Shown: positions 1-9,437 of the stretch, in pieces | Numbering within the stretch: the first letter of the stretch is position 1 | How the letters are laid out: every line of letters begins with the position of its first letter | From: a virus | IMG/VR virus record: IMGVR_UViG_3300017814_000184 | Length of the DNA: 64,000 nt | Direction: 5' to 3' (one strand) | The notes under the pieces: generated by a model | Told to the model about the DNA's origin: nothing | Databases searched by the model: none | Seen by the model: only the letters and a program-made list of their open reading frames with translations | Program-made: the position numbers and the translations under genes

Positions 1-409
1 TCATGAGCAGCTCACCGGAAGTCGTGAGGGTGTTGATATTCTGAAGTTGGAAGAACACCCCCACGCCCAGGCTTTTTAGTTCGCGCGTGGCCTTGAGCGT
101 CGTCTCCGTATTTCTGGCAAACCGCGATATGCTCTTCACGATGATGAGGTCGATTTTACCCGCTCTTGCGTCGGCAAGCATTCTTTGAAACTCCGGCCTG
201 TTTTCCTTATATCCTGATATGCCCTGGTCAGCGTATACGCCGCCGAACTCCCATTCAGGATTGGCGTTGATGTAATCCGTGAAATACTGCGTCTGATTGT
301 CGAGGGAATTTTCTTGCTCCTCACTGTCTGTAGACACTCGAACGTAAGCGGAAACCTTCAGCTTGCGATCCAACCGCCGAGCGGTCGGTTTTACAACTCT
401 GATACGCAT
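1..409 (-). CDS. Large serine recombinase, N-terminal part (continues beyond window start)
   Basis: Manual translation from ATG 409: MRIRVVKPTARRLDRKLKVSAYVRVSTDSEEQENSL..YADQGISG..KSISRFARN; RBS GGAGG; clear paralog of 53685-55034. Confidence 0.93.
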   Translation of the reverse strand, partial: MRIRVVKPTARRLDRKLKVSAYVRVSTDSEEQENSLDNQTQYFTDYINANPEWEFGGVYADQGISGYKENRPEFQRMLADARAGKIDLIIVKSISRFARNTETTLKATRELKSLGVGVFFQLQNINTLTTSGELLM

Positions 410-435
410 TTCAGCGCCTCCTTTCTATTGGCGTA

Positions 436-470
436 GTGTATATATCACTCTAAAGCGGGTATTAGTCAAG
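436..470 (-). promoter_or_regulatory. Conserved promoter motif, copy A (recombinase gene)
   Basis: Minus strand CTTGACTAATACCCGCTTTAGAGTGATATATACAC; near-identical copies at 21262-21297 and 55061-55097. Confidence 0.7.
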
Positions 471-520
471 CAATAAACCCGACAATTATCCGTTTTATTT
501 CTGTGTGGATTTGCATTGAT

Positions 521-562
521 AAAAAAAGGGCGCCGGGCCTCTGCTGCGAAGCCCGGACGCCC
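521..562 (-). terminator. Intrinsic terminator after endolysin
   Basis: GGGCGTCCGGGC/GCCCGGCGCCC stem followed by T7 on minus strand. Confidence 0.8.
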
Positions 563-570
563 TGTGGCGC

Positions 571-1389
571 TTATAGTTTTGTCGCATAGTCGAGAGATAT
601 CCACCCCGCGCGACTCTTGGCATAGGACTTGAGAAGCCCCCACTTTGAAGCTCCTGCGCCGTTTGCCTCCTCAACAATAGTGAACACGCCTTTGCCCGTA
701 TATCTGCCTACGGTATTGAAGTTCGTTCCGGGGCCTTTGCGGATATTGAGATTGGCGATTGAAACCCGGACACGGTACGGCGAGAAGGCGCCGGGTTCCG
801 CAGCGGGCGTGGGCGGCTGAACCGTGCCGGAGGAAAGAGCGGCCTTGACCTCCGCCCGGAAAGAGTCCATGCTCTTGCCGTGCTTTGGCCACCAGTGCAT
901 GACGTCGCCGTGATTTGATGCAATACCCAGCTTGTAGCCCTCGCAGTGGCAAATGATGTTCTTTTCCGTCAGCCCGTAGAGCTTGCACAAATACACGCAC
1001 AGCTCCACAGCTTCCTTATAAACGGCAGAAAAATATGCGGGGTCGGTAAGCCCGTCCTCGCAAATCTCAAATCCGATATGGGTGTTGTTGGAGCTGCCGC
1101 CTCCGTGCCAGCCGCGCATATTCCAGGGAAGCGTCTGGTAGGTAGCGATACTGCCATCCTTCAGCTTGCCTATGAAAGCATGGACGCAGACCTGTCGGCC
1201 GCCGGGCTTCGCCGTATTCCAATGGTTGCCGTACTGATTCACGCCGAGCAGCCCATCGTCGGGACCGACGTAGCGTTTGAGGTTGGGATTGTTCGCGCCC
1301 GTGGAATGAACCATTATTCCTTTCGGGGTGATGGTTTTCCCAGCCTTGTAGCAATCGTTGTTCGTGAGAATGAGTTTATTCAGGTTCAT
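571..1389 (-). CDS. Endolysin: N-acetylmuramoyl-L-alanine amidase (Amidase_2) with C-terminal SH3-like cell-wall-binding domain
   Basis: IMVHSTG, HIGFEICE and SNHGD zinc-amidase motifs; LNIRKGPGT..GWISLDY binding domain; downstream of holin. Confidence 0.92.
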   Translation of the reverse strand: MNLNKLILTNNDCYKAGKTITPKGIMVHSTGANNPNLKRYVGPDDGLLGVNQYGNHWNTAKPGGRQVCVHAFIGKLKDGSIATYQTLPWNMRGWHGGGSSNNTHIGFEICEDGLTDPAYFSAVYKEAVELCVYLCKLYGLTEKNIICHCEGYKLGIASNHGDVMHWWPKHGKSMDSFRAEVKAALSSGTVQPPTPAAEPGAFSPYRVRVSIANLNIRKGPGTNFNTVGRYTGKGVFTIVEEANGAGASKWGLLKSYAKSRAGWISLDYATKL

Positions 1390-1390
1390 G

Positions 1391-1804
1391 TCACTTGTCC
1401 TCCTTTTCGGCGCGGTCGTGGAGCTGCTCCAGAACCGCTTTCAGCTTTGCCGGAATGCGAAGTCCCAGGTGTCCGGCGTTTTCAATGAGGGATACGCCTT
1501 CGTTTGAGATGTAGAAAAAGATGATGGCGGTACGAAGCACGGAACCCGTGCCAATGACGTTCACATCGAGGATATTCGCCACCCCGACCAAAGCAAAGAT
1601 AAGCACCTTTTTGAAGATGCCTTTGAACCCCACGGCGCTGGACAGCTTCTTATCGATCACGGCGCACATGACGCCCGTGATATAGTCGATGACCACAAAG
1701 GCAATCAGCGCATACAGCAAGCCGTCGCACCCTCCCATGAACCATCCGAGCCAGCCGCCGATAGCGGCGAAGGCCACTTGAATTACACTCCAAAACTCCT
1801 TCAT
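1391..1804 (-). CDS. Holin (toxin secretion/phage lysis holin family)
   Basis: Hydrophobic helices, DYITG and NEGVSLIENAGHLG motifs; GGAGG RBS 8 nt before ATG 1804. Confidence 0.92.
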   Translation of the reverse strand: MKEFWSVIQVAFAAIGGWLGWFMGGCDGLLYALIAFVVIDYITGVMCAVIDKKLSSAVGFKGIFKKVLIFALVGVANILDVNVIGTGSVLRTAIIFFYISNEGVSLIENAGHLGLRIPAKLKAVLEQLHDRAEKEDK

Positions 1805-1820
1805 TTTCATATCCTCCGTT

Positions 1821-3152
1821 TTAATAGATTTCCACGCCGTTTGTATTCGGCGTATCGGATGCTTTGCCAATCAAATCAGACAGTCGGGCTTTCGCTTTCC
1901 TGCCTCCGCTATCTACGGAAAAGGACGTGTAGAATCCCCCCTTGCCGTAGTTGTGCGTAACGTCGGTGATTGTGCCGACGATCTCCTCATCACCGTCTTC
2001 ATCAATAATGTGGACTTCATCGCCGAGGGTGAGCTGCGGAGTAAAAACGCCCACGAAACTCTCAAGCCGCCCGGAGATGGAAAGAGACTCTGCCAGCTCG
2101 TTTGCCATAGAAGTGATCTCGGCGAGCGTTGCTCCGTCTGCGGCAGTCACAAACAACGTTCTGTGAGACGGCTGAACCCACCACCTGCTTTGAAGCACAT
2201 CGGCATACACACGAAGCTCCGGGTCGCCGCAGGTTACGCACACGCGGCTCGCGGCATCAGAATCGTCGTATTCCACGCTGTAGCTCCAGCAGTTTTTATC
2301 CCGCTCGAAGGTGTAGACTCCGGGTTGCTCGAAGCGCGGGTCTGTCGACGCGCCCACGCCAACTTTTCCGCTCTGCGTCTCGTCCACCTTCCAGTCGGGC
2401 AAAAGCGATATTACGCGCTTCAAGCCGTCCAAGATACTCACGTCCGGCTCGAAGCGCAGCTTCCACGCCTTTCCAGCGTCACCCACGAAAAAGTCCTCAA
2501 CCTCCGCAAGCCGCATAATAGCGGTCATATTGTCTATGAGAGACCCTTCCTCGAAGGTGTTATCCTCGTTAAAGGTCTGCTCCTTTAAGAGCTTGCCGAT
2601 AGCGTTTCGGGCGGAGACGGATACCTTCTCATCGGGGTACGCAACATTGGCGCGGTCAATATAGAAGATGCCGATGGAAACTTCGTCGCTGTCGCCCATC
2701 GAGAAATACAGCTCCATCTTTGTGCCGGGCGTTACCAGGGCGCGGAAGCGGTTTAGCAGCTCCCCCCGGATATTAAGCAACGTGCAGGACATGGACGAAA
2801 CCTCGCTGCCCGTGCTGAAGGTAGTTGATCCGTCCACAAGCGCCTTTGAAATATCGGTCGGCATCATGAACATTACGAAGCGGTGATCTCCCTCCGCGCT
2901 CCAAAAGCCGTAACCGCCATAATGCGCCACTCTTTTGATACTCGGATAGGAAATGTTGTCGTCGGGAGAAGCTCGCCCCTTGTCCGTGAAAACAAGGTCG
3001 GCGTACAGTCCAAGCACGGGGTCGGCATTAAGAGCGCGAATATCGCCGTCCGAGCTGAGATAGAAAACCCGCAGGAGATTGTCATAAGAATGAATCGCCT
3101 GCGGACATAGCCCTTGTCCGATATTCATGGTGTACTCAAAAGTGAGTGTCAT
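1821..3152 (-). CDS. Tail-tip/baseplate hub-like protein (Tal-like)
   Basis: 443 aa beta-rich ORF between tail genes and holin; GIFYID..VSVSARN and short C-terminal OB-like segment typical of hub proteins (inference). Confidence 0.55.
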   Translation of the reverse strand: MTLTFEYTMNIGQGLCPQAIHSYDNLLRVFYLSSDGDIRALNADPVLGLYADLVFTDKGRASPDDNISYPSIKRVAHYGGYGFWSAEGDHRFVMFMMPTDISKALVDGSTTFSTGSEVSSMSCTLLNIRGELLNRFRALVTPGTKMELYFSMGDSDEVSIGIFYIDRANVAYPDEKVSVSARNAIGKLLKEQTFNEDNTFEEGSLIDNMTAIMRLAEVEDFFVGDAGKAWKLRFEPDVSILDGLKRVISLLPDWKVDETQSGKVGVGASTDPRFEQPGVYTFERDKNCWSYSVEYDDSDAASRVCVTCGDPELRVYADVLQSRWWVQPSHRTLFVTAADGATLAEITSMANELAESLSISGRLESFVGVFTPQLTLGDEVHIIDEDGDEEIVGTITDVTHNYGKGGFYTSFSVDSGGRKAKARLSDLIGKASDTPNTNGVEIY

Positions 3153-3158
3153 GCGCTG

Positions 3159-4748
3159 TCACCCCCTCTGAAGTTGAATGGAACAGGTGAAGCGGAGCAG
3201 GTTGTTTTCGGTCTTGAACGGGTATTCGATGGCATAGCTCGCGGTAATGGTTTCTCCCGCTGCCGGAGGATTCGCGAGTTTTAGCCCAGGGACGGATTTG
3301 CCGAGGAAAAACGTGCAACAGTACGATTGACCGTCTCTCAAAATGGAGGAGCGGATGATGGAGTACGACCAGTTATAACTCGGAATATACACGCGCCAAT
3401 ACCGGGCGGTTACGAGCGGCCACGACCACACCTGACTCTCGCGTGTGTATTCCACGGCAGTCCAGTTCTCATTATCGGAGGAATACTCGATGACAAGGTT
3501 TGCAATCTGTGCGGAGGGAACGGTCACGCCGTTAATTTTCAGACGATTACAGTCCTTCGGTGAAAGAAAATCAATCCATATTGGCTTTTCCGCAGAAACC
3601 GTGCAGGTGGTCGGATACATCTGTACTCCCCCGCAATACCACCACGCCATTGGGTCATAATAGGTGTAGGTGCTTGTGGTCGGCGTTAGTTCCTTCATAT
3701 TTCCGAACATCACGTTGTCATCGAGAGCCGTGAGCGCCGCGCTATGGTAGTTTTCGTACCAATCGCCGCAGTTGCTTTCGCAGTCCACCTCAAAATCAGT
3801 TCCGGCTACAAGCTCCACGTTGTTGATGAATACTCGCGGCGTCCCCGCCTGAATGAGCGGGCACTTGATATTGAACACTGTGGTTTCGCCGTCGCCCTCG
3901 CCGATGACAATGTGGTCGATGGCATATGGAGGGAAAACGGTATGGTCTGGAAACGTAAAGGCCCCGAACCCGGCTATGCCGAGGTGCTTCACTATTCGGT
4001 TATTGCACTCGCTGTCCAGGAAGGTAGTGACCGGGATGTCGTATTGATAATTCTCCATGCTGCCGATACCGTTCGTGAAAGAATAGCTCTTTGACCCTGA
4101 ATATTTGGCGTCCATGTCAGACGAGTTTTCGAGCGCGAACCTGCTAAACCGAATGGTCCCGTCTGTTTCGCCAGTCAAAAGCCAGCGCACCAGATAGTTT
4201 TTATCCGGCCTTGGATATATCCCGTTTTCGCCGAAGCCGGACGGCGTGTAGGTAGCATAGAAGGTCGCGGTGATGTACACCACATCGGTGTCGGTCTTGG
4301 CGATGGCGATTTGGTTGCCCTCCGAATCTTGGAGCATAGCGTGAGTCACAAGATAATAATATCGGGACCATGTGCCGCTGTAGTAACCCTCCAATCCGAC
4401 CTCTGTAATATTTGACCCGTTGCACTCTGTCGCTTCGAGTTTGATTTGCTTAGTTGTGTGGGATGTTGGGTACTCATACACAGTTTCAATCGTCGTTACT
4501 TCTTTGCGGGTCAAGTGTGTGAAAAGCGCAGTGTCGGTAATGGCCGGAGTTCCCGCCCCAGTACCGACTGCAATATAGGTCAGCAGGTTGCTCGTCTTAT
4601 ACAACGGCGAGTTCAGAAGCCGACTGTTGAAGTAGTAGTTCAAAATGACGTTGTATGCGACCGCCGTTTGCCTGACTTTGCCGGAGGCAGCGTCAACCAC
4701 TTTGATTTCAAACTTGTTGTGCAGAAGCACTTTTTCCTTTATGTCCAT
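3159..4748 (-). CDS. Minor tail/receptor-binding protein with internal discoidin-like segment
   Basis: Start MDIKEKV at 4748; GDGETTVF..NPPAAGETITASY scaffold flanking IEYSSDNENW..ARYWRV F5/8-like motif. Confidence 0.6.
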   Translation of the reverse strand: MDIKEKVLLHNKFEIKVVDAASGKVRQTAVAYNVILNYYFNSRLLNSPLYKTSNLLTYIAVGTGAGTPAITDTALFTHLTRKEVTTIETVYEYPTSHTTKQIKLEATECNGSNITEVGLEGYYSGTWSRYYYLVTHAMLQDSEGNQIAIAKTDTDVVYITATFYATYTPSGFGENGIYPRPDKNYLVRWLLTGETDGTIRFSRFALENSSDMDAKYSGSKSYSFTNGIGSMENYQYDIPVTTFLDSECNNRIVKHLGIAGFGAFTFPDHTVFPPYAIDHIVIGEGDGETTVFNIKCPLIQAGTPRVFINNVELVAGTDFEVDCESNCGDWYENYHSAALTALDDNVMFGNMKELTPTTSTYTYYDPMAWWYCGGVQMYPTTCTVSAEKPIWIDFLSPKDCNRLKINGVTVPSAQIANLVIEYSSDNENWTAVEYTRESQVWSWPLVTARYWRVYIPSYNWSYSIIRSSILRDGQSYCCTFFLGKSVPGLKLANPPAAGETITASYAIEYPFKTENNLLRFTCSIQLQRG

Positions 4749-4761
4749 ATTGGGTACCTCC

Positions 4762-6168
4762 TTATATTGGCAAAGTTGAAACAGGGACAAGCGACATGGA
4801 CGAAGCCGATAGCACGACCGTCGCATAGCTCGGTTCATCAAAGAGCGAAGTAAATGTCGCCTCGTCTATCCATACCCTCGGATTGAAGGAGCTGATAGCC
4901 GCAGTCTCCGTTTCGTAGCCGTAGTAATAAATAGCTTCTGCTTCGGCGACGGCTGTCAGCGTTGGCAGATACCACTTTTCGTTTTGCAGCCTGTAATACC
5001 AAAATTGGCGATGTTCCGGGATAGTTATCGTGACTTCAAGCGTTCTGCGGATGTCCACGCTCGTATAAAGCACGAGGGCCTGGAGCGAAGCGTCATATTC
5101 TGCCGAAGTGACGTTTACATTGGATGCAGACACTTTGCACCCGGCAAGAAACGCGGCGTCCGGCGTACCGTTGAGCGGACGGTCAAGATAGACACGGAAT
5201 CCATAGCAAGCGAAGCCAACATCGCGGTTTATCTTTTCGACACTCTCCACGGAGATTTCCAGCGAAGGAGTCGCGTCATCCACCATAAAGTATGGCAGCT
5301 CGCTCTTTAGCCCGGCCGCTTCGTTCTCCACGGTATAGAACCGAGCAATAGTCGGCGTCCACGCCCTCGCATTTGAAGTGTTTATATGCACGGTTTCAGG
5401 TCGGACGCTCATTCCTGCATAGTTTCGGTGTGTGAGGGTGAGCAGCATATCATTGCCGTTCTGCGCGAGGAACCCGATGCGGAAATCGTTTGTTCGGATG
5501 ACCGAAAGCGTTGTATTGCCGGAGCCGAGAGCGGTCACCTCATGCTCACCCTCCCAGACACGAGAACCGTCCGACTGGCAGCAGAAAGCGCGGTAGAACA
5601 CACGTCCTTCACGGAGATAACCTATGATAAGCCCTTGGTCGAGATCAATATCCACGCTTGACTGCCAGCCCTTGCAGGAGGAAATCTGCGACACATTGTT
5701 TGCAAGCAGTGTTCGGGTCGAGGCATCGTCCCAGTATTGAACATAAAGATTGCCGCTCTCGACTGTGAAGATGTAGGGATACTCCTCGGTTTGGAGAAAG
5801 TACCACTCTTGCGCGGCGTTCATCTTCCACACGCCGTCATACTCCATTGCCACGTCGCTGACCGGGCCGTACCGCCAGAGGAACTCCCACTTGAAGTCGA
5901 ATCCTGCCGGAAAACGCCGAGTGTATATGTTGGCGACGCCGTCGTCAAGGCAAATGGCATAGGCACGGGATAGATTGCTTTCGCCGTCCATCTGCCTGAC
6001 GGCAACGTCGCCGAGAGCCGGGGAGATATCCTCGTGAATCGGCTCTGAAAGCAAAGTGTTGATTGAGGTCTGTGTGGCCACGAGTCGGATGTTTGGCTTG
6101 CTGTTGGTATCATCTGCCTTGAAGCGGTTAAGGAGTTTGAGCTTCAAGGCTGTCGGGATAGCTCTCAT
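4762..6168 (-). CDS. Minor tail protein
   Basis: 468 aa ORF in tail operon, overlapping the upstream gene. Confidence 0.6.
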   Translation of the reverse strand: MRAIPTALKLKLLNRFKADDTNSKPNIRLVATQTSINTLLSEPIHEDISPALGDVAVRQMDGESNLSRAYAICLDDGVANIYTRRFPAGFDFKWEFLWRYGPVSDVAMEYDGVWKMNAAQEWYFLQTEEYPYIFTVESGNLYVQYWDDASTRTLLANNVSQISSCKGWQSSVDIDLDQGLIIGYLREGRVFYRAFCCQSDGSRVWEGEHEVTALGSGNTTLSVIRTNDFRIGFLAQNGNDMLLTLTHRNYAGMSVRPETVHINTSNARAWTPTIARFYTVENEAAGLKSELPYFMVDDATPSLEISVESVEKINRDVGFACYGFRVYLDRPLNGTPDAAFLAGCKVSASNVNVTSAEYDASLQALVLYTSVDIRRTLEVTITIPEHRQFWYYRLQNEKWYLPTLTAVAEAEAIYYYGYETETAAISSFNPRVWIDEATFTSLFDEPSYATVVLSASSMSLVPVSTLPI

Positions 6169-6512
6169 CGGTCGGTCACCTCGCTTACTGCGGACAGGGT
6201 GGCCGTGGTCTTATACCACCCCGCCGCCAGGTATTCAAACTTCTCAAGCGATGAGATGCGCCCTGCAAAAACTCCCTGCTTCACAGACACCTCAAGCAAA
6301 GGGAGTTGGTCAGCGGCGCTCATTAGGGCGGCTTTGCCCGACTCATCCACATAGAGTTCAAGCTCGTAGCGGATGGTCGGGCTGCCGAACCGGGTCAAAT
6401 ACTCCGTGCCGTCAAGCGCGTTCTGAACCGTGAGAATCAGCTCCTGTGTGTTCTTAAAGCTGACGAAGCGCGTGATTTGGCTTGCTTCGCCGTAGATTTT
6501 CAGATATGCCAT
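6165..6512 (-). CDS. Small tail protein at the distal-tail (Dit) position
   Basis: 115 aa, start codon overlaps the tape-measure stop. Confidence 0.6.
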   Translation of the reverse strand: MAYLKIYGEASQITRFVSFKNTQELILTVQNALDGTEYLTRFGSPTIRYELELYVDESGKAALMSAADQLPLLEVSVKQGVFAGRISSLEKFEYLAAGWYKTTATLSAVSEVTDR

Positions 6513-8848
6513 TACACGCGCACCTCCTGTCTCAATCTGTCGATAACGATGTCCACCACGCCCGTAAGCATCCCTTCGTCGTTTACGCCTTCCACGCGGA
6601 TAATCCCCGTGTGCTGCATAATTGTAGTGACCGTATTCGCGGCGCGATCCAATAGCGATGGGTTAATTCCTGCATTCACATCAAGGTTGAAGTCGGTCGG
6701 AAGCGCGGTTTCCATGTCGTCGGCAAGTGTTTTCATAGCGCCGTCAATTTCTCCCGCCATATCGGTTACGGCTTTCACAGCCTCATTGCCGTTGGATTCG
6801 ATAGACCCAGCAAGACCCTCGACCATCATTTTGCCGACCCATCCCATCTCCTTCGAGGGAGAAGCGATGCCGAAGAAGTCGCAGATGCCGTCCCAAATGG
6901 AGGAAATCCATCCGGAAACCTTGTCCCACAGCCATGAGGCCAGAGATTGAATGCCTTGCCACAAGCCGGAAACAATGTTCTTGCCTATCTCGAACACGGC
7001 CCCGACTGCTTTTCCAAGCCCCTGTACGATTGCAGCAATGATTTGAGGAAGAGCCGCTACAAGCTGCGGGATAGCTTTCACCAGCCCGACTGCGAGCTGT
7101 ACTATAAGCTCAATACCCATTTCAATGATGGCGGGGAGGTTGTCGGTGATGAAGTTGACGATGGTTATGATGATCTCCGGCAAAGCCTCCACCAGCTTTG
7201 GCAGGGCGTTCAAAAGCCCTTCTGCCAAACCCTTGATGATGGCAAAAGCCGCTTCAAGGATTTTGTCCATGTTGTCGAGAAGAACCTGACAGATGAGAAT
7301 AACTGCCTCCACGATGGAAGGGATCAGCTCCGGCAATGCGTCCGCGATGCCCATAGCCAGGGTTACTATCATGTTGATTGCCGCCTCCACAATGGCGGGG
7401 AGATTATCGATGATGCCCTGAACGAGCGTCATGACAAGGGAAACCGCGCTCTCTGTGATGGCCGGCAAAGCCTCCACCAGACCTTGAACAAGCGTCATGA
7501 TAATAGACGACGCACACTCCACCAGGGTTGGCAGGTTATCCACGATGGCTTTTCCAATTGCCATGACGATGTCCATTCCGACCTGTATGATCTTCGGCAA
7601 ATGCTCCATAATCATTTCTGCCAGGCCGCCGACCGTGTTGCCGATGACCTCGCTTATCTTGTCGAAGTCGTCTCCTGCTTCAACAAGGCCGGATGTGAAC
7701 TCGCCGAGAAGCGCCGTGCCGTCATCTGCGAGGTCTTGAAGCTGTGGAAGCAGTACCGTTCCCATGACTCGCTTTGCGGCTTCAGAGCCTTGCTTCAAAC
7801 GCTGAACGCTGTCGTCGAATGCGCCGAGCTTGGCAATGGTTTCTTCAGAAAGTACTGCGCCCATACGCTTGGCTTCATCGGTCAAAGCCGCGATACCTTC
7901 GCTGCCTTGAGCAATCAACGGATTCAAGTCTTGAGCGGATTTGCCGAAGAGCTGCATAGCAAGAGCATCGCGTTCCGTTTCATTGCTGACTTCGCCGAGA
8001 GCGTCGATTACCTCCCAGTAGACGTCCTCACTGTCGCGCAGCGTACCGTCCGCATTTGTGACTGCCACGCCAAGCTGTGCGTAGGCGTCGGCATACTTCG
8101 CTGACCCCTGCGCCGCACTGGACATAGACTTGACGTTTTTAGCCATCGACCCGGTGAGGGTATCAAGTGAAACATCCACCAGATCGGCGGCGTAGGAGTA
8201 TGCCTGGAGACTTTCCACACTCATGCCCGTAACTGTCGACTGCGTGAGCATTTCGTCTGCGTAGGCGGCGGCTTCGACCGTCATGTCCACAAGAGCCTTA
8301 CCCGCGGCTATGGCGGCAGTGCCGATTGCGGCAAGCGCAACGCCCATAGCCGTGCCAACGCCCTTGACAATAGAGCCGAGCTTGCTGAATTTGCCGCCCG
8401 ATTTGTCCGCCTGATCTCCGGCATCGTCCAGCTCATCGCCGAATTTGTCCGTCTGCTGGGCTGCGTCGTGCATTTCATCGCCGATGTCATCGATGGCTTT
8501 TTCGTTCTGCGAAAGCTCGCGCTCCATGCCGTTTAGCTCCGCTTGGGCATTATTCAAAGCGGCGACCCATTGCTGGGTGCGCTTATCGTTCTCTCCGAAA
8601 GAGTCAGAGGCGTTTTCGAGAGCTTTCCGCAGGGTTTCGATTTTTTCTTTCTGTGCTTCGATTTGCTTGGAGAGAACCTCGTTTTTCGACGTGAGGGACT
8701 CCACGCTTCGCTCGTTGGAATCAAACTGGGAGGTGGCGAGCTTCATCTCCGAGCCGAGAACCTTAAACTGCTGATTGATATCGGACAGGGCTTTTTTGAA
8801 CTCTTTTTCGCCCTCGACGCCAATTTTGAGACCGAAATTGTCAGCCAC
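6512..8848 (-). CDS. Tape measure protein
   Basis: MADNFGLKIGVEGEKEF N-terminus, coiled coil, Ala/Ile-rich amphipathic repeats, GIASPSK motif; follows the tail chaperone. Confidence 0.92.
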   Translation of the reverse strand: MADNFGLKIGVEGEKEFKKALSDINQQFKVLGSEMKLATSQFDSNERSVESLTSKNEVLSKQIEAQKEKIETLRKALENASDSFGENDKRTQQWVAALNNAQAELNGMERELSQNEKAIDDIGDEMHDAAQQTDKFGDELDDAGDQADKSGGKFSKLGSIVKGVGTAMGVALAAIGTAAIAAGKALVDMTVEAAAYADEMLTQSTVTGMSVESLQAYSYAADLVDVSLDTLTGSMAKNVKSMSSAAQGSAKYADAYAQLGVAVTNADGTLRDSEDVYWEVIDALGEVSNETERDALAMQLFGKSAQDLNPLIAQGSEGIAALTDEAKRMGAVLSEETIAKLGAFDDSVQRLKQGSEAAKRVMGTVLLPQLQDLADDGTALLGEFTSGLVEAGDDFDKISEVIGNTVGGLAEMIMEHLPKIIQVGMDIVMAIGKAIVDNLPTLVECASSIIMTLVQGLVEALPAITESAVSLVMTLVQGIIDNLPAIVEAAINMIVTLAMGIADALPELIPSIVEAVILICQVLLDNMDKILEAAFAIIKGLAEGLLNALPKLVEALPEIIITIVNFITDNLPAIIEMGIELIVQLAVGLVKAIPQLVAALPQIIAAIVQGLGKAVGAVFEIGKNIVSGLWQGIQSLASWLWDKVSGWISSIWDGICDFFGIASPSKEMGWVGKMMVEGLAGSIESNGNEAVKAVTDMAGEIDGAMKTLADDMETALPTDFNLDVNAGINPSLLDRAANTVTTIMQHTGIIRVEGVNDEGMLTGVVDIVIDRLRQEVRV

Positions 8849-8862
8849 AGCTCACCACCTCC

Positions 8863-9072
8863 TTATAACCCGCCGGGGATTATTTCATCGATATTCCAGA
8901 TGCGTTTGGGTTTTGTCATGCCGTTGAACTGCATATACACCTCCCATTGGTCGAGAAGATGACCGAGCGGCATGAGCCACACTTCAGCTTCCGACCGATG
9001 CAAGAGGGATACGCCGTAAAAAATCAGCCGGGCAAACAATTCTTCATCGCTTACCCGACCAGTGCGTTTTTT
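8863..9072 (-). CDS. Tail assembly chaperone C-terminal extension (gpGT-like), reached by -1 frameshift
   Basis: -1 frame is open from the slippery A AAA AAC (9072-9066) to TAA 8863: RVSDEELFARLIFYGVSLLHRSEAEVWLMPLGHLLDQWEVY; no RBS/ATG of its own at the start. Confidence 0.75.
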   Translation of the reverse strand, partial: KKRTGRVSDEELFARLIFYGVSLLHRSEAEVWLMPLGHLLDQWEVYMQFNGMTKPKRIWNIDEIIPGGL

Positions 9073-9437
9073 GAGGAGTCGTCCTCGCTCTCCACATCGC
9101 GCTTCGCGCCCTTCATCATGGCCTGCATGATGCTGTCCTTGTACTCGGCAAGCTCAAAAGGCGAAGTGAGCAGCTCGACAGCCTCCTCTGTGAGCATTTC
9201 CTTTTTATCCTCCGGGTTTTGCAGATTATGGACAAGTACGGACTGGTTGACGAGCAGGGTGATGAGCCACACGATTTCATCGAGAGCCATCTCGAAGTTT
9301 TCGGTTTTCATCAGCTTTTCGCCGAGGTTGGAAAGGCCGCCGTACCTTTTTGCGATTTCTTTTGTAGCGCGCGTAGTGAGAATCATCTCGTAATCTTTCC
9401 CGCCAATACGGACGGGTGCGCTTCTATCATCAGCCAT
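9051..9437 (-). CDS. Tail assembly chaperone (gpG-like)
   Basis: 128 aa acidic protein between major tail and tape measure genes. Confidence 0.85.
   Translation of the reverse strand: MADDRSAPVRIGGKDYEMILTTRATKEIAKRYGGLSNLGEKLMKTENFEMALDEIVWLITLLVNQSVLVHNLQNPEDKKEMLTEEAVELLTSPFELAEYKDSIMQAMMKGAKRDVESEDDSSKNALVG

Noticed and set aside
1804-1810. Met-Lys-Met at the holin start, resembling the lambda S105/S107 dual start
   Set aside because: GGAGG is only 2 nt from the first ATG, and the paralogous holin 2 has no such motif, so the second ATG is probably the only start
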